Source: Chrysomallon squamiferum (lineage: Eukaryota; Animalia; Mollusca). From it: a DNA stretch of 64,000 bases. The notes beneath the pieces are model-generated. The model was not told the origin of the DNA. It did no database searches and saw only the letters and a program-made list of their open reading frames with translations. Each line of letters begins with the position of its first letter. Within the stretch, counting starts at the first letter, position 1. The position numbers and the translations under genes are program-made. The stretch spans positions 17,670,001-17,734,000 of the forward strand of contig CM022679.1 of the NCBI GenBank assembly GCA_012295275.1, given 5' to 3'. Positions 48,936 to 63,852 of this stretch are shown piece after piece.

Positions 48936-49152
48936 TTATTCATATTTTCTTTTTGCTGGGTTCATCAAGTCAGTAATCATCTGTCCAGCTTTAGGAATAA
49001 CAGAAATGAATATAACAGCAGTGATCATGTAAGGTAGTCGGAACAGAGAAACCATTGAATACATCTGAGATAATACTGTAACCACTAGGATCAGCCAGCC
49101 AGCAGTTTGACACAGATTTCTGAAAAAAACAACCAAAAACCCTATATATATA

Positions 49153-49239
<87 letters not shown>

Positions 49240-51217
49240 TGCACACAGTGATACCTGTCTTGAATGGGGTTGAGCAAAAGTGTCCCTATATTGGTGTCCT
49301 TTCATTAGAGGGACAGAAATTACAGTTTTTTAAACATATTTACAATTTTTATTCACATACATCACTCTAGTACCCACAACAAACGTAATTATCATAGCTG
49401 GGCACTGCCATAGTAAGCATCTGGGCTTCATCCTAAAATACATGTAAAAAGCCTAAGATATTTTTATATTTTCAAAAGTATTGTGTTTGAAACTCAAATA
49501 TAGCTCCAATTTGTGCTAGCTGCACCCTCTTTTCAACCTCAAAAGTCTAAGATGCAGTGTTTATGCAACATAAATATGGATGGAATGATGTTGAATGTTT
49601 CAGTTAACAAAATTAAGTACCAAATGGTTTGACCTTGATCTGTTTGGTGGGCATTTGGTGACTGCAGTTCAAGACCTATTGTGATTTGGCAAAAACAATA
49701 TTCCCTGCATGCACTGTTCAGTGCAGAAAATGGGTGATGCCATTTTAAAAAATATTGTATATAAACCCAAATCACTGTGACTGTATATAGAATAATAATA
49801 ATACTAATTTAAAAAATGCTGTTCACATCCACATTCAGTAGATGTCCACTGATCTAAAGGACATCTATTGAAAAAATCAGGACTCTGCACTGAGCCGCTC
49901 ATCTCAGTGGCTGCTGAAGACAGATACCACTGTAGTTGTAATACTAATACAATGACCAAGAAGGTACAAAAAAAAAAAGAAAAAAAAAAAAAAAGAAGAA
50001 ATAACATGATTACAAGAAATTGTAATAAAACCCCAAAATATATATGTGTTTACTCATTCAAGTTGGTGACATTATCATCAAGCAGAATGAAGAATGTGAT
50101 AATGGAAAGCATGGCTCCACCCACTCTGCTAGGATCAGGATTGAGCACAAAACTATACCTACAAAAAACATGATCTTTTTAGTGGGAATGTCTTTATTCA
50201 TTTCCAAAACATAAATGATTAGAATTTATGAACAGAAGTTAGGTAAATTACCCAAACTACTCTCAAGAAAACAATAAATGATGTTTCAGTTTAAAAAATC
50301 ATTTATTTAACACATGCTACTGTATATTTAAGAATTCTGTTACCTTCATATAAAGTCACTTTTTATAGTGAGTACATATCCTTAAGTTGTTAAATTCTTT
50401 CTCCAGTTATTAAATATTAAAAATAAAATAAAACTCTCAATTCTACTGTGTGTATATGAAAGTTTACCTAAGAGATAGTGCCCAGATCAGCAGAGATGGA
50501 ATGTTTAAAGCCATCAGCCACATACACAACATAAGCAAAATGCTAAAATAAGCGAGTTTGGCTCTATCATCTCTCAGTCGAGACAGTGATGTTACTCTGT
50601 ACAGTTTCAAAACCTAAAACATTTAAATACTGTAAATCACTATATACATTACTGCTAAAAAAAAATTCTTCTATTGTTATTTTCTTAAAAATCCAGTTTT
50701 TAAACTAAAAATATCTCGTAACTAGTAACACTCCATTAAAAACTCCATTACAATTATAGCTAATAATCGTGTTTATCATTAATCCACATCAGGTGAAAAA
50801 ACATTAGCTGCTGCTATTTTATCACATTTTAATTTCAACGGAGCAAATTTATTATTTTTACCTTTATGATAAATAAAACATAACACAGTAGTATTCCTAG
50901 TGCTCCACATAAAGTGACAGATGAAATTACTGCTAGAAGACAACATGCTAAAAGCAGATAGTTTCCTGGTGAAATTACATACTGTGGAACCCTGCAACAT
51001 TCAAAACATTTATGGTTAATCAAATGGAACTGAAACATTAAAATAAAATTTCTTTCTGATTGTATCAACATATGTTTGTTTTTTTATTTAAAAATTATAT
51101 AATTACAAACACAGACCATCCTCTTTACTAAACTCTTGGATCTAGTCCTAAACATAGTACAGATGTAGTTGTTTTTATAATTATCTATGTTCAATTTAAA
51201 ATTCATTTCCACAGCTG

Positions 51218-51262
<45 letters not shown>

Positions 51263-51818
51263 TAATAAATATCAGTACAGTTTAAATTTAGTTTTCTTTA
51301 TTCGTGTACTTTTCTTTTTTTTTTTTTTATGGGGGAAATAAAAATACTTACCAGAAAAACATTACTGCTAAAATTTTACTAAATACAAAGAGTTTACAGT
51401 GGACTATCCAACAGTGGAAGTAAGTAACAGTGAATGACAGAAAAAACAACAACACTGGTAACAATCCAAACCACAGGCTCTCATCTTCCAGAAATTCCTT
51501 ATCATCTTGAGGAAGAAATGACATAATCTTTGATAGTGAAGAAAAACTAAAAAACCCCAAAGAAAACAAAAACAAATACAAATATATAAACAAGTTTTAC
51601 TTAACTTCAGAAAAAGAAAAAAATTATAATTATGATACAAATATAAAATTAATAATGGATAATGAATATTATATGTAATAATTTTATTCTTATTAAGTTA
51701 TTAATTAATTATAAATTAAAAGCATAAAGAATCTTTATCAGGGATGCAAATTTAAGATATATAATCAAGATGTGTATTGCTAATTTTATTTTCTTAAATA
51801 TTATATCAATATAGAAGG

Positions 51819-51849
<31 letters not shown>

Positions 51850-54289
51850 TAAATAAATTAAAAAGTAAGTAAGTAAAAACTAAAAGAAATAAATAAAAGA
51901 AAATAAAACTAACCCAAGAAAAAAACGTAGAATCAGAATAACCGGAAGAACAAAATAAGGTCTTCCATACTGCCACACTATCTGAGCTGGGTTATCCACT
52001 GGTTTACCTTTAAATATAACATGTATATTTATTATCACAATAAATGACTTTAGTATCAGTTTATAGATGATTAAAATATTCAATTATTTACAGAGGTATC
52101 AAAATGTCATATCAGGACCAGTAGATTATAAGAGACAGACAATATTTTTTTTATTATTTATTTTTTTGCGTCTTTTTAGGTGTGTGCATATATGTGAAGC
52201 CTTGTCCTTTGATTGGAAGTATCATAAAATAAACCAAAATTATATTCCTAAAAGAATACATATAGAGAAAGATATCTATAATTGATACTGAGTATATTTA
52301 AAACTGGACAAAATACTTAAAAACATTAATAAACCTGTTGCAAAAGCCAAGAAGCAACCATGAAGACTGAGAAACAGCACACCGACCATGAAAGCTGGAA
52401 ACAAGACTCCATAGAAACGTACCAACTGAAAATACAATTTAAATAAGAGATTAAATAGGTATTGTGAGCAAACATACAACCAAGAGGTGGTTGGCTCCTT
52501 TCTTCACCTAGCAATAAAGAATATTTTAAATGCACTTCCCACAGACAGGAAAGTTCTGTAATAAGAAATTTGTGTAGTACTTCTAGATTGGGAATTAGTG
52601 ATGGGAAGTAACCAATCACACTAGAGCTTGTTACTCTATCACAGAGTTTAAGACGATAATAATGAAAATATTTTCAAAAATTTCTTAATTTCAATGTACA
52701 CATGAAAAGAAAGTATTATAAAGATAATTTAATTCCTATATTTAAGAAAAGTATCATTCAGAAGAGAGGAATATCTTATGTTTTGCTAACAGGTTATAAT
52801 TAACTTTTTATATTAGTAATCAAATAATCACAGTCGATAATTAAATATATAAAATACAGTGGTACCTTGACTTATGAGTTTAATTTGTTCCGTGACTGAG
52901 CTTGTAACTCAATTTGCTTGTATATCAAATCAGTTTTGCCAACTGAAATTAATTGAAATACCATTAATTTGTTCCAGTCCTCCAAAACCAACCCATTTTT
53001 TTTTTATAACATGTTTTTAAATAAGAAAAATGTATTTAGAAATAACAAATATTGTATAAAAACAAAATAAAAGAGAAAGTAAAGAAATAAATTGGTTTTT
53101 TAGAGTATTTATATTGGAGATCAGACAAATTATTTTAACGCCTTTGGCTGGAGTTACAGCCTTTATTAATTCCTTCTGCTTCAGTATTACACTCATACTG
53201 TCTAGCCAAGATGACTACATGCACACCTCACTCATGTTTTTCTGTCATTTCATGCTTTAATTTGATGGACATATCCACTTCTTTTTAGCACTGTCCTTTG
53301 AACTCACTTTCTTACAATAAGTCAAGGTACCACTGTATATAAATAACATACTCAAGCAATTATAAAATGAAAATAGTTAATATAGTATATAATACATATT
53401 CATATACACACACACATACAAAATTCTATCCATGCATCTACTCCCCTAGTTTCAGACCAAAGCTGCAACTGTATCTTCAGTTGTATCATAAAGATGGCCC
53501 TGAAATGCTGGATATATGCCCAAATTATATTTATTGTTAAACTTGTTGAATATTATAAATAAGATAAATACTAAGTTTCACACAGTAATAATAATATAAA
53601 ACATTCTTTCTGTTTATACAATTGTTTAAATTGTGTTTATTTAGAAGTATGGACATGCATCTTCAATCAATCAATCTCTCTCTCTCTTCCCCCCCACCCC
53701 ATCACTGGTAAGAACTCATCAATCCTCTCTTGTTGCACTGGATATTATTCAGTAATCTCCCTGTCTTAGATAGAATGCTTTGCTAATATCAGAAACTGTC
53801 TGTGAAAGACATACTTCTACAGTTGTATGACAGAAACATGACAAACATTACCCATTTCATTCCATTGTTCTTAGAATAAAATTTTGAGAGGAAGGTTGCC
53901 ACAGAAATCTTTTTTCATACAAAATATTTCAATGGTTTCACTAATATCATGTGGATCTAATATAAATAAAACAAAATTGATGTTATTCAGAGATATTCTC
54001 TTTGACTTTGCACACTTTTATTTTAAAGTTGCCAGGCCTGATATCTGATCATTTTCTGAAGAAAACCAGTCCCTGTTAGCCATACGAATTTGAAATCTAC
54101 AACTTCTTTAATCATATACCTTTAATTTTATAATGCTTGCATTGTTTTTGTTTTCTGGAGGGTATGTGTGATTGTTTGTTTTACCATTATGTATGAATAG
54201 AAAGGAAGAGAAAAATGTTTATAAATTAATCAAAGAAACTGCAAATAAATATACTAATAATGTGTTCTGAAAATGAAATCAATCTTGCT

Positions 54290-54326
<37 letters not shown>

Positions 54327-57300
54327 GTTTATTGATTTTGTATTGCACCTTATCGAAAGCATAATACCTAACTGCTTATATATATGTATGTATGTATGTA
54401 TTATTTCTACATATAAGCAGCTAGTTATTTTGATTTCAACAAGAGGCAACATAAAAAGAAAAGAAAACAGATTGCTGTAATAGAAATTGGGCAAAAACTA
54501 CAGCAGCTTGTTATTTCCTGTAAAAGATAAAGGCTATAAAGTGATTACTTTATCATAAGTATACAAACAATAAGCTTTAGAAAGTTGCACCACACCAGAT
54601 TACTGCTGAAAGAACCAGTCATTTCTATGCAGACCCTGACGCTGTTTTATTTTTGTATGTGTGTTAAATTACAAAAGTACATGATGTATTTTTTTAATTA
54701 TTCTAAAATACCTAAAATAATTGTTTATTGTTCAGAGATAATTAATCTATTTCAAACTGTTTTAATGTCTTTAATATTTAATTTTTTAAATTATTAACAT
54801 TTGTGTACCTAGCAACCATGTGTTATATTGATTACTTGGTGTTTTTCTCACTGCTCAAACAGTGCTGCTGAATACTGATGGGTTGGCAACACTGGCAAGC
54901 AAGACAAAAAGACAAAATAAGCAAGTAGTTATTAAGTCTATAATTCTTCAAGTGGTCTGTCTTTCAAGTGAGACTTGACTCAATCTCAATGGCTCTAAGA
55001 AGACTGAGAAGAGAAAGAAGAATTGTTACAGTGTGAAGGGATTATCACAGAATAATCTTCTTATTGTCAAGAAATAAGCTGTCAAGAAGCAGACTAAGCT
55101 ACTTATAGAAAGTGAATAGCAGCCATAGGTGCTTTTCATACCTGTTTGAGTCTAGAAATCATTTGGCAAGGTAAAATTTGTATACACTGATCAATATATC
55201 ACATTTGTTTCCTATTTTTAAATGTATTTAGATGGATTGTAAAATTCTGGGAAGTAAGTAAAGATAATTATTTTTAAGTAAGAATAATAAAATTTAAAAA
55301 AAAAAATAAATCACTTGAAACTAATTTCAATTTACATTACAATGTATATAAAAAGAAGCAGAAAAATAAATGATAAAATAAATCTTTCATTGCTTGAAAA
55401 GCACTGATACAGACAAATATGTGAACTATCAGAAATATAAAGACTTTCTCTTTAAAAAATTTACAACAGCAATAATAGTCATATATGCAGATTATTTCTA
55501 TACCACTAAATACTGCAATCGCTGAAGCTCAACACTGTCAACTAGTTAATCTGATCATTTAAATTTTGCACAAATTCAGTTTTGTATATTTAAAACTTCA
55601 GTTTATTTAAAATGTTTTTTTTATACAAAATATAATATCAAAGTTTATAAATAACCAAAGATATATGTACATCTGAAAATTATTGGTCAATCTATCTGTT
55701 ATTCTCATCTACCACAATCAGAAACCTTAACTTCTGTAGTGCAGTATATTTTATGATATTATTTAGAACCTTTCTGCAAAAAACCCAACAGAACAAAAAA
55801 CAAACCCAAAGCAAACAAAAATAAAACAACACAACAACAACAAAAACAAAAAGCCCTAATGCAACAGGATACAGCCTCAAACAGCTATTGAAGAAACTAA
55901 TCTCCAATATCTGTATAACAGTCTCTGTTCCATTTTATCTTGTTCCTGACTATTAAATGGATTTTTTGAGCAAGAACACATTAAATTTTTAATTTTGTTT
56001 TAGATTTCTTTTTATTTTTGGTGGGGGCTTTTTTTTTTATAGTGTGTTGTGTGTAATTTTTTTACCTTATTCTTTCAGTTGAACAAATAAATAAATATAC
56101 TTTTATTAATGTGAATTTTACAACTGTCCATAAACACAAATTGCAAACTGTAACAATGTTATGAAGACTGCTAATAAAAAGGGTTTTTCTCCCTTAATAC
56201 TCAGAAATACACACCTATTATAGTTACTTGTTGAAGATTTAAGTAAGCACAGTTCAGTGTAAAACAGATCAAAGAGAACATTTATATACAGATACATTGT
56301 GAAGACATTAACATTGATATGTATATGGAAATTTTGTTTTGTTTTTATGCCACCATACTAAAGCAGTAAACAACGGCTGCTTAAATGTGTGGTACACTGG
56401 CAATCAATTGATAGTGAAAAACAAAAGTATGTTCTAAAAGTTTACAATGTTATTAGGCATAAAAAAATATATATATGAATTTAAAAAGAAAATAGATAAA
56501 AATAAATAAATCAATATTAATAATAAAAAAAAGACAAATAATTTAAGAAAGGGAAGTAATATGTTGGTTTAATGTGCTTTTATTATTCATAATTTTGAAT
56601 AGTGGGAGGAATAAATAAGTTTATGCAGTTTCTAACACGGTATTTAGGTCAAAGAATTTTACCATTCTACAAGATACTGGGCAATAAAATGCAGACAAAA
56701 TGTTAGAAAGAATTAATATCATCTAGTGATCTATTTGTTCTGGTAATTTAATACTTTCTGTACCATTTTTAAAACACAATTCACAGAAAGTTAGCATTTA
56801 TCTGCTTATTTACCTTTGTACTATTTGTACAAGTTCATTTCTGAATATGTTTTGAAACTATTAACTAGGTAGGTGGGTAACTGTGTATACAGTAAATGAA
56901 TGTGTGAGTGTAGGTGAATCAGTGGAAAACTTTAAGCTAGTTAAATAATTAGATGAGTAGACAATTTTTGAAAATGGACCAGTATAAAATAAAACAGAGG
57001 TAATACCAATATACATTTTGAAGTGATGAAAAAAATCTGTAATTTTAAATATTTAATAAACAGTTAAGCATTTCATTACAAACTGTTGTTTAATACTGCC
57101 AAAATAACATATTTCTTTTATTTAAATAATATGTAAGAAATAAAATTTTGCAAGGCTACAACAAATATGTTTATCATAAATTATTGTGGAACAAGTTTTA
57201 TACTGGCTGTATGAATTGTGTTATTGATTCCTCTTTGTACTTGGGATTTGTCTGATTTTAGGTAAAACCTGTATCACTCAGAGATGATTAATTATCTAGT

Positions 57301-60300
57301 AACTTATGTTAGATGCAAATGGCAGAATCAACCATTGTTCACAGTAATATACAATGTAACTAAAACCCGAAGTTAAGATTCAAGATCTACATTAATTTTG
57401 TTGTTGTTTACAGGTAAAATGCTCTGATGAAAGCTGAGATCTAAGATATGCTAATAACTTGTGATGATGAATTCTTGTGGAAAACAGGAAAATAGGAAAT
57501 TAAACAAAATTATAGTAAATATTTATAGATGTAAATAAATAAATAGCATGTCTATTGAAGAATACATAAGGTAAAAAAAGGAATTCAATTAAGACAGAGT
57601 TGATAAATGAAATATAGAAATTTCTCAAAATGGATGAAAAGATATTGACATATCATACAAAACTTCATCACTGGTATGAACTTCACCATATTAAACTGAC
57701 TGGTGATGAAGCGTGTCAAAGGCTGCCTGCTGCAGTGACTCATATGACACCAGAGAGAGCTGTTGAAATTGACACTTGGAGAAGGGAAGTTAACAAAGAA
57801 TTTATCAAACCAAAGAAAGCTGAACTTAAACCACCTTTCTGGAGATGTCATTACAGTGCTACGACTTCTGCTTCACCCAAATTGGTAAACATCAAGTGCA
57901 AGACAGAGTCAGCTAAATGTTCAAGTGATTGGAGAAATAAATATGGATCTGTGGACATCACAACATTACCCAATTACCTAGCAGGAAAATCTGTTCATTA
58001 TTCAGCAGAAAGGAAAGGACTCTATCACAGAAAATATAACACACTGAAAATCACTGGAAAAAGAGAGGAAATTCATAGTCCCAGTTTCCCTCGTGAACTA
58101 ATGAGGAGGGGATCAATGAATGCAGATAAAGTTTGGAAGGACACAACACAAAGTGGCAGACAATCATTAGACAGTGAGAATTCAGCATATGAAAGTGACA
58201 GCATCACACCAGACATTAAACAAGGCAATGTCTGCAACAGATCTGTGAGTAACAGACTGTTAAATGTTATCACAATAGATGACTGCAATGTGAATCTAAG
58301 ATATTCTCCAAGAAAGGTAGTCAGCTGTAAAACTGTTAAGTTTGAAAGTGATGAAGAAAATAAATTCAGTCAAAATGACTGTTATCCCATAAGAATAAGT
58401 AAAGGATCTGCAGTAACAAATCTTTCATCCCAGAATATAACAAAATCTTATAAGGATATGCAGCAGAAATATATGAACTATGGCTACCTCTGTCCTGATG
58501 GTCAGTCAAAATCTGCTAAGGTGGAAAAGGCTTTTGATACAATACTGGACCAAAAAAGTGTAGGTAAAAGTAGCTTACAGATTAAAGAAGCCAAATTCCT
58601 AGATAAAGACAGAACTGAAAATACTGGAAAAGGAATGTACCATAAACTAAATGTAGCACTGAAAAGGAAGATGGTTAATTTTGTAGATTCATGCTGGATG
58701 AAACATAATTCTGGCTTTACAGAACCCTACAAATTTAATAAAACAAGCAAAAACAACAGTTTAATATCATTAGTGAAAAAACCCTGTTAAGCTACTGAAT
58801 CCATAAATAGATATGATGTTACCTAAAATAAGAAAATAATTCATCTGCATTGCTTGAAAATGTTTTAAAATATATATTTGGGTGTTTGAGCATATAAATA
58901 ATATAAATACTGCAATCCAGTATGTTTTTGTGACAATATGATAGTTTTTAAGGACAACAAAATGAAAGCTGTTCAGTTAAAATATAAAACTTAGTTTCTA
59001 TGGACATTATATTTTTCTTATATTCATCATGATTCCTTAAACAGAAAATATATTTAGATATAAATTATTTGAATTAAATAGAATAAACAGGTATTATTTA
59101 TTTATATTTAATAGACCAGAATATATAAGTAAATTTATTTAATATGAAGTATTCAATACTAGGGACATTTAAAAAAAAAAAAAAAAAAAAATGTTATTGT
59201 ATTAAATCATTATTTATTTATAATGTTAATAATTGTGTTTCTTGTATGTTTCTAATTATGTGTATGTTAACACTATTAAAGTGTAATTTCATGTCTGAAA
59301 CTTTTATTTAATTTTTTTATTAATTACATATTTATTATCTGATTACCTTACTTTTCTTTTTACTTTTCATTTGACCTAACTCATACGTATTAATTTTTTT
59401 GTTGTAGGTGATATTTTGCAAACATAAACATTTAAATTTTAGGTAAGTTAAAGAAAACAACTGCTAATGTTTCTTAAAAACAGTTACCGTTTTCATTTTA
59501 ACAATATACTGTATACAATTTTATATGATTTAACAATGTACCATTTTCTATAATCTAATAATATACAATGGCCTATAATTTAGTCATTCTATCAAATAAA
59601 TAAAACTATTGATCAATGTTTGAGTAATGTTAACATTTCCATACTTGAAATATTAGATATTAATTCCTAATTAATCTTGGATTATTGATGTAATCAATAA
59701 TTCAATAATTCTCCAGCATTGTATTGATTTCTAGTTCCTTGTTTAATAACAGGAAACCAGGCAACCACAAAACATCTGCTAAACAGATTAACATATACAA
59801 CAATAATTGTCAACACATTAAATAAAAGTTTAAAAAAATATATGTGAAATTATTATTTTTACTTTTAGGTTTGTAGATTGTCATTTTTTTTACTTATTTA
59901 TTATTATTGATATTTTGAAATTATTTTTAATGCTTAAAAGACATTGTAAGTTATTATATTCTTAGTTTCAATTTTTTTTTTGTTTATTGGAAAAACAACA
60001 AATAATAAAAAACACATAATAATAAAAAATTAATGCTGAAATTTTTATGAAAGTTTGTTGATAGTATCACGTGTCCACATCTGTGATTATCAGTAAATGA
60101 GTCCAGATTTGATGCTCTAGGTTTTTCCAACATTTCAATATTTTATATTTTAATTTTTTAATTTTTTTTTATCTACTATTATTATACACATTAACACATT
60201 ATATACTAATGTGTATTTTGATTTTAACTGTAAAATGCAAATACAGAAACACAATTTATGAAATTGATTTATTATGCACAATTGTTTGTTTATAACATGA

Positions 60301-61256
60301 ATAAAAGATAGAGACATCTGGGACAATATCTGCTTACTGAGTTTAAAAGTATTAACATTTAATTTAATATGAAAATATGTGATTAAAAATAATTCTTTAA
60401 AAACTTTAAAGTAACAGTTACGTTAAACTAATATTGCTTTGCTGTTGTTGTTTTTTTTTATGTGGTTTATTTCTTTTGTTTTTGTTGTTGTTTATTTCCG
60501 TATCATGACTTTAAATATCTACAGATGGCATGAACTATTAAAAAAAGATAATGAAAAAAAAAAGTAAAAAATAACTGACCTGACCCATTACTTCTGACAA
60601 GGATGACTTCAGCTTAAGTTGGTAATAACAAGATGGGTGTAGATACATTTCTAAATGAACAGCATGGGTATCATAGTCTGTTGTTTTGGCATTCTGCAGC
60701 TTGACTGGAAGAGTCAGTTTTTCACGAAATTTGCCAAATCTATAAGTATTCTCATTGGCCCATGGAACATTTAATGTCAGAATGTTCCCATCAAAATCAC
60801 CTGAATTACCAAAGAAATGACATAACTAAAATACCTTATTTTTTTCATGGTGGATTTACATGAAAATAAAATTAGGAAAATTTTGATTCTTCTACTTAAA
60901 AAAAACAAACAAATGTAATAAGAAAATATAAAAATAGATCTGCATACATACATACACACCACAACAATGAAGAATTACTTCCAGAAAGGAACTGTACAAC
61001 TTAATAATGGCAGAACTATTTAAAAGGGATATAGTTAAACCTGGAAAATATTTTTATTTACTATCAAATTTTGACATTTAAAGTAATACACTACTGCAAC
61101 AGATTTGCTGATTCACAAATGTGATTAATAAAACTAAATTTAAAATAAAACATTGTACGAATAATAATTTAACAGCAATAATGATACCAGTAGTAATAAT
61201 AATTAAGTAATTACACCAATCGTAACGAAATATTTAAAACTGAAAACAGATAATAA

Positions 61257-61291
<35 letters not shown>

Positions 61292-63852
61292 TATTGCCTT
61301 TGAAAATAATGTTTATTTATGATAAAAAACAAGAAAAATATGACAAAGGCAAAATACATACTTGTGTGAATCTTTCTACACTTGTAAGGTATTAATTCAG
61401 CCACATATGATCGTAAAGGTCCAGTTAAACCTCCAAGGTGAAGGCTATAGTAGACTGAATTATTCTGAATTCGTAACATGGCTGCCATGTCAAGTACTGA
61501 CACAGGGTAAGAAACAATTGTGTCAACAATGTTGGGAAGGGTGTAGAGCAAATGACGAGCTATCATGGTATACTGTTCTACAGTGACCTCCACCTAAAAT
61601 AAAATTTATTAAGAATGAAATCTTGAAAAGAAATATTAAGCCATTCTATACAGTCATCTTGATATTTAATAATAATTCAAAAATCATTATGTACACAAAA
61701 TTTAAGAATTTAATTGTTTTTCTCCAGAAAGCAAGGATATTTTGCTAAAGACACTGAATAAAAACACATTAGGATGCACTCTACTGAAATAATAATATAA
61801 TAATTCATAAAAGATGAATACTGGAAAACCTATAGGCCATGTTTTATAATGACGTTTGTATGAAACAGTAATAGGTATGCTATATTTTAAGAGCTAAATA
61901 GTTAAAGTCTTTTTCTCTAAAAATAAAAAAAATAGAAAATAAATGAAATTTGTAAAGGATGAATGCTGGAAAACAAATAGAATGTTTTTTAATTTTGTTC
62001 TGACATGAGATTTTAATAATACTCTCACAAACAGGACTTAAATGTTTGTCTGACAGCCAATTAGTGCAAAAGTTGGTGATCTGAAACAAAATATTTTCTA
62101 TATCATGACTATTTACCTTTTTATTGCTTGCTGGTACAATAACAACAATATGTGTTGCATTTTGCAACTCTTTCAGGAACATCCTCAACACCTACAAAAT
62201 TTGAGTAGATAATACTAATCTGTGATAAGATAGATAGACAGATAGACAGATGCAATCTCTGTAGACAATATCGTCAGCTGTCATAAATAAAACATAATGC
62301 CATTTTCTTCTAATTTATATTAAAAAAAAAAAAAAAAAATCACATTTAACAAAATACTAACGATAACTCAAAAGAGAACGAAAAAAACAAAGGAGGTTTT
62401 TAAACTAGTTTAAAAATAAATAATTCTCATCATGTTTTCTAAATATATAGAATCTGATTAAGTTTGATAAAATTAAACAAAATATTTTATTACAACAAAA
62501 ACATTATCTTTCAGTAAGCAGAAATTCACTTCAGTAACCTAAATACAAAAGTGAAGAAATATTTATCTTTATAACATTACCTAGAAAAGAAATTAAAGTT
62601 TAATACTTACTTTTTTACCAGAATAAAGTGGTGGTAATACTTGGCCTCTGTCTGACAGATTAATGCAAGTGGAACTATAATTTAAATAAGAAAGAAATGT
62701 TTCTTAAATATTTCATGTAAATATTATAAAAATACATTTACTTATTAACATTTTATTTGGTATCTGTTATTACCAGCATATGTTTAAATGAAAGGATAAT
62801 CTTTTTACCATGTGACATGTGGAAAGTGTCCACTTACATGGTAAAAAAAAAAAAATAATAATAATACATATTTAATAGTAATACTTCTAATTATTAAATA
62901 TATGAAAATAAATTACCATCTGTCTTCTTGGCTTGGCTTTGTACAAACACAGACCCAGTCATCTCTTGTCTTGAAAACAAACAAATTTTAAACAACACTC
63001 TCTTTAAACTAATTATAAATAAAGAGAATTATTCCACTGGCTTAATTTATATCTAATTTAGCTTGTTTTAATGAAAAAAAAAAAAAAAAAAAATACATAT
63101 CTGAAAAGCTAATAATGTGTGGTGAAAAGAGGCCTTCAAGAAGTGATGTTGAATATTTAGTTAAATTTTAATTTGTTTCATTTACTCACCACATTGCTCA
63201 GAACCATGACTGAATCAACTCCTTCATTTAAAATAGGAATTGCATAATATTTTGAACGTGGCATCTACAATGCATAAACATTCATATATAAATATATAAT
63301 AAAAACTTTTAAATATTATTACAAATAACTTGCACTGTACTGTCAAAATTACTAGAAACAGCAGCTATACAAAACACTACATGCAGATGACAAGACTGCA
63401 AGAAATCAAAGATGAGGTAAAAGGATGGTATATATCTTATAGACATATAAAATGACAAAATCCAGATTGAAAATGTCTTCTGTCTTATCCATGGGTTATG
63501 TGTGATAAAAGTATTATTTACATGATGAAAAATATATCCAAACAAAATTTTAATAATATGACTAATTGTGTATGTTGTAAACAGATTATTGTGGTAAACT
63601 AAATGTTCAATATATAATTCAGTACATGATGCTGAAAATTAAATATTCAATGATTATTATTCATTTTTAATGTAGAAAAAAACTTACTGAGGTACTTCTG
63701 AATGAGAAAATTGGTCCAGTCTTCTCCTCCCATGCTATGTTTTTATCTAGAGTAATCTCACCTGGAGTATTTTCCATAAACTTTCTTGTGCCAGAATGTG
63801 ACAAAAAATGATGTCTAAAAACATTCATTCTTTTATTTTTATCCATTGTCAC
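48936..63852 (-). CDS. PGAP1: GPI inositol-deacylase, C-terminal about 609 aa; the catalytic 5' part lies beyond the right edge
   Basis: Phase-consistent exons 63688-63852, 63190-63264, 62917-62969, 62611-62674, 62117-62191, 61362-61593, 60580-60800, 52335-52425, 51914-52007, 51352-51546, 50862-50991, 50468-50613, 50054-50158, 48936-49119. Motifs CYYQLKLKSSLSEVMGQLVRFYGVLFPAF, LCGALGILLCYVLFIIKV, LNIPSLLIWALSLRYSFVLNPDPS and LFRLPY match the PGAP1 multi-TM C-terminus. The protein ends in KRKYE (KxKxx). Confidence 0.9.
49246..49932. mobile_element. MITE-like non-autonomous Tc1/mariner-pogo element in the last PGAP1 intron
   Basis: CAGTGATACCTGTCTT (49246) versus AAGACAGATACCACTG (ends 49932, followed by TA): a 16-bp TIR with 2 mismatches. 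Confidence 0.6.
52857..53335 (-). mobile_element. Tigger-derived MITE (479 bp) with TA TSD
   Basis: TA|CAGTGGTACCTTGACTTA ... TAAGTCAAGGTACCACTG|TA, a perfect 18-bp TIR. The internal minus-strand remnant EKHE*GVHVVILARQYE is homologous to 15303-15400. Confidence 0.85.
53440..54120 (-). mobile_element. Highly degenerate mariner-like transposase remnant
   Basis: Broken minus-strand fragments (FCMKKISVA..., FQGHLYDTTEDTVAA) loosely follow mariner segments; no intact ORF or TIR found. Confidence 0.3.
57630..58790 (+). CDS. Uncharacterised 386-aa protein, single coding exon, nested antisense in PGAP1 intron 52426-60579
   Basis: A 1161-nt ORF with a good Kozak context (aaaATGG) in otherwise stop-rich DNA. 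Putative 5'UTR intron from donor AAG|gtaaaa (55171) to acceptor tttacag (57413). AATAAA at about 59082 and 59596. No domain recognised. Confidence 0.75.
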   Translation: MDEKILTYHTKLHHWYELHHIKLTGDEACQRLPAAVTHMTPERAVEIDTWRREVNKEFIKPKKAELKPPFWRCHYSATTSASPKLVNIKCKTESAKCSSDWRNKYGSVDITTLPNYLAGKSVHYSAERKGLYHRKYNTLKITGKREEIHSPSFPRELMRRGSMNADKVWKDTTQSGRQSLDSENSAYESDSITPDIKQGNVCNRSVSNRLLNVITIDDCNVNLRYSPRKVVSCKTVKFESDEENKFSQNDCYPIRISKGSAVTNLSSQNITKSYKDMQQKYMNYGYLCPDGQSKSAKVEKAFDTILDQKSVGKSSLQIKEAKFLDKDRTENTGKGMYHKLNVALKRKMVNFVDSCWMKHNSGFTEPYKFNKTSKNNSLISLVKKPC

